A DNA stretch of 64,000 nucleotides from Eledone cirrhosa (Eukaryota): NCBI GenBank assembly GCA_964016885.1, contig OZ024744.1, positions 99,200,001-99,264,000 on the forward strand, given 5' to 3'. The notes under the pieces were generated by a model. It was not told the DNA's origin. It did no database searches and worked only from the letters and a program-made list of their open reading frames with translations. Positions within the stretch are counted from its first letter, which is position 1; each line of letters begins with the position of its first letter. Shown here piece by piece: positions 52,301-62,500 of this stretch. The position numbers were made by a program, and so were the translations under genes.

Positions 52301-55300
52301 GGGATAGTGTTGGTGGGAGTGGTGGTGGTTATGGTCATAGTGTTGGTGGGAGTGGTGGTGGTTATGGTCATAGTGTTCATGGGAGTGGCAGTGGTTATGG
52401 TCATAGTGTTGGTGTGAGTGGCAGTGGTTATGGTCATAGTGTTGGTGGGAGTGGTGGTGGTTATGGGGATAGTGTTGGTGGGAGTGGCAGTGGTTATGGT
52501 CATAGTGTTGGTGGGAGTGGTGGTGGTTATGGTCATAGTGTTGGTGGGAGTGGTGTTGATTATGGTCATAGTGTTGGTGGGAGTGGCAGTGGTTATGGTC
52601 ATAGTGTTGGTGGGAGTGGCAGTGGTTATGGTCATAGTGTTGGTGGGAGTGGCAGTGGTTATGGTCATAGTGTCGGTGGTAGTGGTGGTGGTTATGGTCA
52701 TAGTGTTGGTGGGAGTGGTGGTGGTTATAGTCATAGTGTTGGTGGGAGTGGTGGTGGTTATGGTCATATTGTTGGTGGCTGTGGCAGTGGTTATGGTCAT
52801 AGTGTTGGTGGGAGTGGCAGTGGTTATGGTCATAGTGTTGGTGGGAGTGGCAGTGGTTATTGTCATAGTGTTGGTGGGAGTGGTGGTGGTTATGGTCATA
52901 GTGTTGGTGAGACTGGCAGTGGTTATGGTCATAGTGTTGGTGGGAGTGGTGGTGGTTATGGTCATAGTGTTGGTGGGAGTGGCAGTGGTTATGGTCATAG
53001 TGTTGGTGGGAGTGGTGGTGGTTATGGTCATAGTGTTGGTGGGAGTGGCAGTGGTTATGGTCATAGTGTTGGTGGGAGTGGCAGTGGTTATGGTCATAGT
53101 GTTGGTGGGAGTGGTGGTGGTTATGGTCATAGTGTTGGTGGGAGTGGTGGTGGTTATGGTCATAGTGTTGGTGAGACTGGCAGTGGTTATGGTCATAGTG
53201 TTGGTGGGAGTGGTGGTGGTTATGGTCATAGTGTTGGTGGGAGTGGCAGTGGTTATGGTCATAGTGTTGGTGGGAGTGGTGGTGGTTATGGTCATAGTGT
53301 TGGTGGGAGTGGTGGTGGTTATGGTCATAGTGTTGGTGGGAGTGGTGGTGGTTATGGTCATATTGTTGGTGGGAGTGGCAGTGGTTATTGTCATAGTGTT
53401 GGTGGGAGTGGTGGTGGTTATGATCATAGTGTTGGTGGGTGTGGTGGTGGTTATGGTCATAGTGTTGGTGGGAGTGGTGGTGGTTATGGTCATAGTGTTG
53501 GTGGGAGTGGTGGTGGTTATGATCATAGTGTTGGTGGGTGTGGTGGTGGTTATGGTCATAGTGTTGGTGGGAGTGGTGGTGGTTATGGTCATAGTGTTGG
53601 TGGGAGTGGCAGTGGTTATGGTCATAGTGTTGGTGGGAGTGGCAGTGGTTATGGTGATAGTGTTTGTGGGAGTGGTGGTGGTTATGGTCATAGTGTTGGT
53701 GGGAGTGGTGTTGGTTATGGTCATAGTGTTGGTGGGTGTGGTAGTGGTTATGGTCATAGTGTTGGTGGGAGTGGTGGTGGTTATGGTCATAGTGTTGGTG
53801 GGAGTGGTGGTGGTTATGGTCATAGTGTTGGTGGGAGTGGCAGTGGTTATGGTCATAGTGTTGGTGGGAGTGGTAGTGGTTATGGTCATAGTTTTGGTGG
53901 GAGTGGTGGTGGTTATGGTCATAGTGTTGGTGGGAGTGGTGGTGGTTATGGTCATAGTGTTCATGGGAGTGGCAGTGGTTATGGTCATAGTGTTGGTGTG
54001 AGTGGCAGTGGTTATGGTCATAGTGTTGGTGGGAGTGGTGGTGGTTATGGGGATAGTGTTGGTGGGAGTGGCAGTGGTTATGGTCATAGTGTTGGTGGGA
54101 GTGGTGGTGGTTATGGTCATAGTGTTGGTGGGAGTGGTGTTGGTTATGGTCATAGTGCTGGTGGGAGTGGTGGTGGTTATGGTCATAGTGTTGGTGGGAG
54201 TGGCAGTGGTTATGGTCATAGTGTTGGTGGGAGTGGCAGTGGTTATGGTCATAGTGTTGGTGGGAGTGGTGGTGGTTATGGTCATAGTGTTGGTGGGAGT
54301 GGTGTTGGTTATGGTCATAGTGTTGGTGGGAGTGGTGGTGGTTATGGTCATAGTGTTGGTGGGAGTGGTGGTGGTTATGGTCATAGTGTTGGTGGGAGTG
54401 GTGGTGGTTATGGGGATAGTGTTGGTGGGAGTGGCAGTGGTTATGGTCATAGTGTTGGTGTGAGTGGCAGTGGTTATGGTCATAGTGTTGGTGGGAGTGG
54501 TGGTGGTTATGGGGATAGTGTTGGTGGGAGTGGCAGTGGTTATGGTCATAGTGTTGGTGGGAGTGGTGGTGGTTATGGTCATAGTGTTGGTGGGAGTGGT
54601 GTTGGTTATGGTCATAGTGTTGGTGGGAGTGGTGGTGGTTATGGTCATAGTGTTGGTGGGAGTGGTGGTGGTTATGGTCATAGTGTTGGTGGGAGTGGCA
54701 GTGGTTATGGTCATAGTGTTGGTGGGAGTGGTGGTGGTTATGGTCATAGTGTTGGTGGGAGTGGTAGTGGTTATGGTCATAGTGTTGGTGGGAGTGGCAG
54801 TGGTTATGGTCATAGTGTCGGTGGGAGTGGTGGTGGTTATGGTCATAGTGTTGGTTGTGTGGTGGTGGTTATGGTCATAGTGTTGGTGGGAGTGGTGGTG
54901 GTTATGGTCATAGTGTTGGTGGGAGTGGCAGTGGTTATGGTCATAGTGTTGGTGGGAGTGGTGGTGGTTATGGTCATAGTGTTGGTGGGAGTGGTGGTGG
55001 TTATGGTCATAGTGTTGGTGGGAATGGTGGTGGTTATGGTCATAGTGTTGGTGGGAGTGGCAGTGGTTATGGTCATAGTGTTGGTGGGAGTGGTGGTGGT
55101 TATGGTCATAGAATTGGTGGGTGTGGCAGTGGTTATGGTCATAGTGTTGGTGGGAGTGGTGGTGGTTATGGTCATAGTGTTGGTGGGAGTGGTGGTGGTT
55201 ATGGTCATAGTGTTGGTGGGAGTAGTGGTGGTTATGGTCATAGTGTTGGTGGGAGTAGCAGTGGTTATGGTCATAGTGTTGGTGGGAGTGGCAGTGGTTA

Positions 55301-58300
55301 TGGTCATAGTGTTGGTGGGTTTGGTGGTGGTTATGGTCATAGTGTTGGTGGGAGTGGTGGTGGTTATGGTCATAGTGTTGGTGGGAGTGGCAGTGGTTAT
55401 GGTCATAGTGTTGGTGGGAGTGGCAGTGGTTATGGTCATAGTGTTGGTGGGAGTGGTGGTGGTTATGGTCATAGTGTTGGTGGGAGTGGTGGTGGTTATG
55501 GTCATAGTGTTGGTGGGAGTGGCAGTGGTTATGGTCATAGTGTTGGTGGGAGTGGTGGTGGTTATGGTCATAGTGTTGGTGGAAGTGGTGGTGGTTATGG
55601 TCATAGTGTTGGTGGGAGTGGTGGTGGTTATGGTCATAGTGTTGGTGGGAGTGGTGGTGGTTATGGTCATAGTGTTGGTGGGAGTGGCAGTGGTTATGGT
55701 CATAGTGTTGGTGGGAGTGGTGGTGGTTATGGTCATAGTGTTGGTGGGAATGGTGGTGGTTATGGTCATAGTGTTGGTGGGAGTGGTGGTGGTTATGGTC
55801 ATAGTGTTGGTGGGAGTGGCAGTGGTTATGGTCATAGTGTTGGTGGGAGTGGTGGTGGTTATGGTCATAGTGTTGGTGGGAGTGGTGGTGGTTATGGTCA
55901 TAGTGTTGGTGGGAGTGGCAGTGGTTATGGTCATAGTGTTGGTGGGAGTGGCAGTGGTTATTGTCATAGTGTTGGTGGGAGTGGTGGTGGTTATGGTCAT
56001 AGTGTTGGTGGGAGTGGTGGTGGTTATGGTCATAGTGTTGGTGGGAGTGGTGGTGGTTATGGTCATAGTGTTGGTGGGAGTGGCAGTGGTTATGGTCATA
56101 GTGTTGGTGGGAGTGGTGGTGGTTATGGTCATAGTGTTGGTGGGAGTGGTAGTGGTTATGGTCATAGTTTTGGTGGGAGTGGTGGTGGTTATGGTCATAG
56201 TGTTGGTGGGTGTGGTGGTGGTTATGGTCATAGTGTTGGTGGGAGTGGTGTTGATTATGGTCATAGTGTTGGTGTGAGTGGCAGTGGTTATGGTCATAGT
56301 GTTGGTGGGAGTGGTGGTGGTTATGGGGATAGTGTTGGTGGGAGTGGTGGTGGTTATGGTCATAGTGTTGGTGGGAGTGGTGGTGGTTATGGTCATAGTG
56401 TTCATGGGAGTGGCAGTGGTTATGGTCATAGTGTTGGTGTGAGTGGCAGTGGTTATGGTCATAGTGTTGGTGGGAGTGGTGGTGGTTATGGGGATAGTGT
56501 TGGTGGCAGTGGCAGTGGTTATGGTCATAGTGTTGGTGGGAGTGGTGGTGGTTATGGTCATAGTGTTGGTGGGAGTGGTGTTGATTATGGTCATAGTGTT
56601 GGTGGGAGTGGCAGTGGTTATGGTCATAGTGTTGGTGGGAGTGGCAGTGGTTATGGTCATAGTGTTGGTGGGAGTGGCAGTGGTTATGGTCATAGTGTCG
56701 GTGGTAGTGGTGGTGGTTATGGTCATAGTGTTGGTGGGAGTGGTGGTGGTTATAGTCATAGTGTTGGTGGGAGTGGTGGTGGTTATGGTCATAGTGTTGG
56801 TGGCTGTGGCAGTGGTTATGGTCATAGTGTTGGTGGGAGTGGCAGTGGTTATGGTCATAGTGTTGGTGGGAGTGGCAGTGGTTATTGTCATAGTGTTGGT
56901 GGGAGTGGTGGTGGTTATGGTCATAGTGTTGGTGAGACTGGCAGTGGTTATGGTCATAGTGTTGGTGGGAGTGGTGGTGGTTATGGTCATAGTGTTGGTG
57001 GGAGTGGCAGTGGTTATGGTCATAGTGTTGGTGGGAGTGGTGGTGGTTATGGTCATAGTGTTGGTGGGAGTGGCAGTGGTTATGGTCATAGTGTTGGTGG
57101 GAGTGGCAGTGGTTATGGTCATAGTGTTGGTGGGAGTGGTGGTGGTTATGGTCATAGTGTTGGTGGGAGTGGTGGTGGTTATGGTCATAGTGTTGGTGAG
57201 ACTGGCAGTGGTTATGGTCATAGTGTTGGTGGGAGTGGTGGTGGTTATGGTCATAGTGTTGGTGGGAGTGGCAGTGGTTATGGTCATAGTGTTGGTGGGA
57301 GTGGTGGTGGTTATGGTCATAGTGTTGGTGGGAGTGGTGGTGGTTATGGTCATAGTGTTGGTGGGAGTGGTGGTGGTTATGGTCATATTGTTGGTGGGAG
57401 TGGCAGTGGTTATTGTCATAGTGTTGGTGGGAGTGGCAGTGGTTATTGTCATAGTGTTAGTGGGAGTGGTGGTGGTTATGGTCATAGTGTTGGTGGGAGT
57501 GGTGGTGGTTATGGTCATAGTGTTGGTGGGAGTGGCAGTGGTTATGGTCATAGTGTTGGTGGGAGTGGCAGTGGTTATGGTCATAGTGTTGGTGGGAGTG
57601 GTGGTGGTTATGGTCATAGTGTTGGTGGGATTGGTGGTGGTTATGATTATAGTGTTGGTGGGAGTGGCAGTGGTTATGGTCATAGTGTTGGTGGGTGTAG
57701 TGGTGGTTATGGTCATAGTGTTGGTGGGAGTGGTGGTGGTTATGGTCATAGTGTTGGTGGGAGTGGTGGTGGTTATGGTCATAGTGTTGGTGGGATTGGT
57801 GGTGGTTATGATTATAGTGTTGGTGGGAGTGGCAGTGGTTATGGTCATAGTGTTGGTGGGTGTGGTGGTGGTTATGGTCATAGTGTTGGTGGGAGTGGTG
57901 GTGGTTATGGTCATAGTGTTGGTGGGAGTGGTGGTGGTTATGGTCATAGTGTTGGTGGGAGTGGTGGTGGTTATGGTCATAGTGTTGGTGGGAGTGGTGG
58001 TGGTTATGGTCATAGTGTTGGTGGGAGTGGCAGTGGTTATGGTCATAGTGTTGGTGGGAGTGGTGGTGGTTATAGTCATAGTGTTGGTGGGAGTGGCAGT
58101 GGTTATTGTCATAGTGTTGGTGGGAGTGGTGGTGGTTATGGTCATAGTGTTGGAGGGAGTGGCAGTGGTTATGATCATAGTGTTGGTGGGAGTGGTGGTG
58201 GTTATGGTCATAGTGTTGGTGGGAGTGGCAGTGGTCATGGTCATAGTGTTGGTAGGAGTGGCAGTGGTTATTGTCATAGTGTTGGTGGGAGTGGTGGTGG

Positions 58301-61300
58301 TTATGGTCATAGTGTTGGTGGGAGTGGTGGTGGTTATGGTCATAGTGTTGGTGGGAGTGGTGGTGGTTATGATCATAGTGTTGGTGGGTGTGGTGGTGGT
58401 TATGGTCATAGTGTTGGTGGGAGTGGTGGTGGTTATGGTCATAGTGTTGGTGGGAGTGGCAGTGGTTATGGTGATAGTGTTGGTGGGAGTGGCAGTGGTT
58501 ATGGTGATAGTGTTGGTGGGAGTGGCAGTGGTTATGGTCATAGTGTTGGTGGGAGTGGTGGTGGTTATGGTCATAGTGTTGGTGGGAGTGGTGGTGGCTA
58601 TGGTCATAGTTTTGGTGGGAGTGGTGGTGGTTATGGTCATAGTGTTGGTGGGAGTGGTGGTGGTTATGGTCATAGTGTTGGTGGGAGTGGTGTTGGTTAT
58701 GGTCATAGTGTTGGTGGGTGTGGTAGTGGTTATGGTCATAGTGTTGGTGGGAGTGGTGGTGGTTATGGTCATAGTGTTGGTGGGAGTGGTGGTGGTTATG
58801 GTCATAGTGTTGGTGGGAGTGGCAGTGGTTATGGTCATAGTGTTGGTGGGAGTGGTAGTGGTTATGGTCATAGTTTTGGTGGGAGTGGTGGTGGTTATGG
58901 TCATAGTGTTGGTGGGAGTGGTGGTGGTTATGGTCATAGTGTTCATGGGAGTGGCAGTGGTTATGGTCATAGTGTTGGTGTGAGTGGCAGTGGTTATGGT
59001 CATAGTGTTGGTGGGAGTGGTGGTGGTTATGGGGATAGTGTTGGTGGGAGTGGCAGTGGTTATGGTCATAGTGTTGGTGGGAGTGGTGGTGGTTTTGGTC
59101 ATAGTGTTGGTGGGAGTGGTGTTGATTATGGTCATAGTGTTGGTGGGAGTGGCAGTGGTTATGGTCATAGTGTTGGTGGGAGTGGCAGTGGTTATGGTCA
59201 TAGTGTTGGTGGGAGTGGCAGTGGTTATGGTCATAGTGTCGGTGGTAATGGTGGTGGTTATGGTCATAGTGTTGGTGAGAGTGGCAGTGGTTATGGTCAT
59301 AGTGTTGGTGGGAGTGGTGGTGATGATGGTCATAGTGTTGGTGGGAGTGGTGGTGGTTATGGTCATAGTGTTGGTGGGAGTGGCAGTGGTTATGGTCATA
59401 GTGTTGGTGGGAGTGGTGGTGGTTATGGTCATAGTGTTGGTGGGAGTGGCAGTGGTTATGGTCATAATGTTGGTGGGAGTGGCAGTGGTTATGGTCATAG
59501 TGTTGGTGGGAGTGGCACTGGTTATTGTCATAGTGTTGGTGGGAGTGGTGGTGGTTATGGTCATAGTGTTGGTGGGAGTGGCAGTGGTTATGGTCATAGT
59601 GTTGGTGGGAGTGGCAGTGGTTGTGGTCATAGTGTTGGTGGGAGTGGCTGTGGTTATGGTCATAGTGTTGGTGGGAGTGGTGGTGGTTATGGTCATAGTG
59701 TTGGTGGGAGTGGTGGTGGTTATGGTCATATTGTTGGTGGGAGTGGCAGTGGTTATTGTCATAGTGTTGGTGGGAGTGGCAGTGGTTATTGTCATAGTGT
59801 TGGTGGGAGTGGTGGTGGTTATGGTCATAGTGTTGGTGGGAGTGGTGGTGGTTATGGTCATAGTGTTGGTGGGAGTGGTGGTGGTTATGGTCATAGTTTT
59901 GGTGGGAGTGGCAGTGGTTATGGTCATAGTGTTGGTGGGAGTGGCAATGGTTATGGTCATAGAGTTGGTGGGAGTGGTGGTGGTTATGGTCATAGTGTTG
60001 GTGGGTGTGGCAGTGGTTATGGTCATAGTGTTGGTGGGAGTGGTGGTGGTTATAGTCATAGTGTTGGTGGGAGTGGTGGTGGTTATGGTCATAGTGTTGG
60101 TGGGAGTGGTGGTGGTTATGGTCATAGTGTTGGTGGGAGTGGCAGTGGTTATGGTCATAGTGTTGGTGGGAGTGGTGGTGGTGGTTATGGTCATGGTGTT
60201 GGTGGGAGTGGTGGTGGTCATGGTCATAGTGTTGGTGGGAGTGGCAGTGGTTATGGTCATAGTGTTGGTGGGAGTGGCAGTGGTTATTGTCATAGTGTTG
60301 GTTGGAGTGGTGGTGGTTATGGTCATAGTGTTGGTGGGAGTGGTGGTGGTTATGGTCATAGTGTTGGTGGGAGTGGTGGTGGTTATGGTCATAGTGTTGG
60401 TGGGAGTGGCAGTGGTTATGGTCATAGTGTTGGTGGGAGTGGTGGTGGTTATGGTCATAGTGTTGGTGGGAGTGGTGGTGGTTATGATCATAGTGTTGGT
60501 GGGTGTGGTGGTGGTTATGGTCATAGTGTTGGTGGGAGTGGTGGTGGTTATGGTCATAGTGTTGGTGGGAGTGGCAGTGGTTATGGTGATAGTGTTGGTG
60601 GGAGTGGCAGTGGTTATGGTGATAGTGTTGGTGGGAGTGGTGGTGGTTATGGTCATAGTGTTGGTGGGAGTGGTGTTGGTTATGGTCATAGTGTTGGTGG
60701 GTGTGGTAGTGGTTATGGTCATAATGTTGGTGGGAGTGGTGGTGGTTATGGTCATAGTTTTGGTGGGAGTGGTGGTGGTTATGGTCATAGTGTTGGTGGG
60801 AGTGGCAGTGGTTATGGTCATAGTGTTGGTGGGAGTGGTAGTGGTTATGGTCATAGTTTTGGTGGGAATGGTGGTGGTTATGGTCATAGTGTTGGTGGGA
60901 GTGGTGGTGGTTATGGGGATAGTGTTGGTGGGAGTGGCAGTGGTTATGGTCATAGTGTTGGTGGGAGTGGTGGTGGTTATGGTCATAGTGTTGGTGGGAG
61001 TGGTGTTGGTTATGGTCATAGTGTTGGTGGGAGTGGCAGTGGTTATGGTCATAGTGTTGGTGGGAGTGGCAGTGGTTATGGTCATAGTGTTGGTGGGAGT
61101 GGCAGTGGTTATGGTCATAGTGTCGGTGGGAGTGGTGGTGGTTATGGTCATAGTGTTGGTTGTGTGGTGGTGGTTATGGTCATAGTGTTGGTGGGAGTGG
61201 TGGTGGTTATGGTCATAGTGTTGGTGGTGTGGTGGTGGTTATGGTCATAGTGTTGGTGGGAGTGGTGGTGGTTATGGTCATAGTGTTGGTGGGAATGGTG

Positions 61301-62500
61301 GTGGTTATGGTCATAGTGTTGGTGGGAGTGGTGGTGGTTATGGTCATAGTGTTGGTGGGAGTAGCAGTGGTTATGGTCATAGTGTTCGTGGGAGTGGCAG
61401 TGGTTATGGTCATAGTGTTGGTGGGAGTGGTGGTGGTTATGGTCATAGTGTTGGTGGGAGTGGTGGCGGTTATGGTCATAGTGTTGGTGGGAGTGGTGTT
61501 GGTTATGGTCATAGTGTTGGTGGGTGTGGTAGTGGTTATGGTCATAGTGTTGGTGGGAGTGGTGGTGGTTATGGTCATAGTGTTGGTGGGAGTGGTGGTG
61601 GTTATGGTCATAGTGTTGGTGGGAGTGGCAGTGGTTATGGTCATAGTGTTGGTGGGAGTGGTAGTGGTTATGGTCATAGTTTTGGTGGGAGTTGTGGTGG
61701 TTATGGTCATAGTGTTGGTGGGAGTGGTGGTGGTTATGGTCATAGTGTTCATGGGAGTGGCAGTGGTTATGGTCATAGTGTTGGTGTGAGTGGCAGTGGT
61801 TATGGTCATAGTGTTGGTGGGAGTGGTGGTGGTTATGGGGATAGTGTTGGTGGGAGTGGCAGTGGTTATGGTCATAGTGTTGGTGGGAGTGGTGGTGGTT
61901 ATGGTCATAGTGTTGGTGGGAGTGGTGTTGGTTATGGTCATAGTGTTGGTGGGAGTGGCAGTGGTTATGGTCATAGTGTTGGTGGGAGTGGCAGTGGTTA
62001 TGGTCATAGTGTTGGTGGGAGTGGCAGTGGTTATGGTCATAGTGTTGGTGGGAGTGGTGGTGGTTATGGTCATAGTGTTGGTGGTGTGGTGGTGGTTATG
62101 GTCATAGTGTTGGTGGGAGTGGTGGTGGTTATGGTCATAGTGTTGGTGGGAGTGGTGGTGGTTATGGTCATAGTGTTGGTGGGAGTGGTGGTGGTTATGG
62201 TCATAGTGTTGGTGGGAATCGTGGTGGTTATGGTGATAGTGTTGGTGGGAGTGGTGGTGGTTACGGTCATAGTGTTGGTGGGAGTGGTGTTGTTTATGGT
62301 CATAGTGTTGGTGGGTGTGGTAGTGGTTATGGTCATAGTGTTGGTGGGAGTGGTGGTGGTTATGGTCATAGTTTTGGTGGGAGTGGTGGTGGTTATGGTC
62401 ATAGTGTTGGTGGGAGTGGCAGTGGTTATGGTCATAGTGTTGGTGGGAGTGGTAGTGGTTATGGTCATAGTTTTGGTGGGAATGGTGGTGGTTATGGTCA
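40255..62500. repeat. Recent ~11.1-kb tandem duplication (~40255-51440 and ~51441-62500)
   Basis: Markers recur at +11186 (GAAG 40371/51557; ORF ends 41066/52252, 42815/54001, 45091/56277) and then at +11054 (47929/58983, 50131/61185, 51053/62107, AAT 51427/62481). The 132-bp change in offset equals 4 units. Confidence 0.92.

Noticed and set aside
54157-54164. Chi site GCTGGTGG, and Chi-like GTTGGTGG in every unit
   Set aside because: The single exact match in the array is a point variant. Near-matches are expected in GGT-rich DNA and nothing indicates an enterobacterial context.
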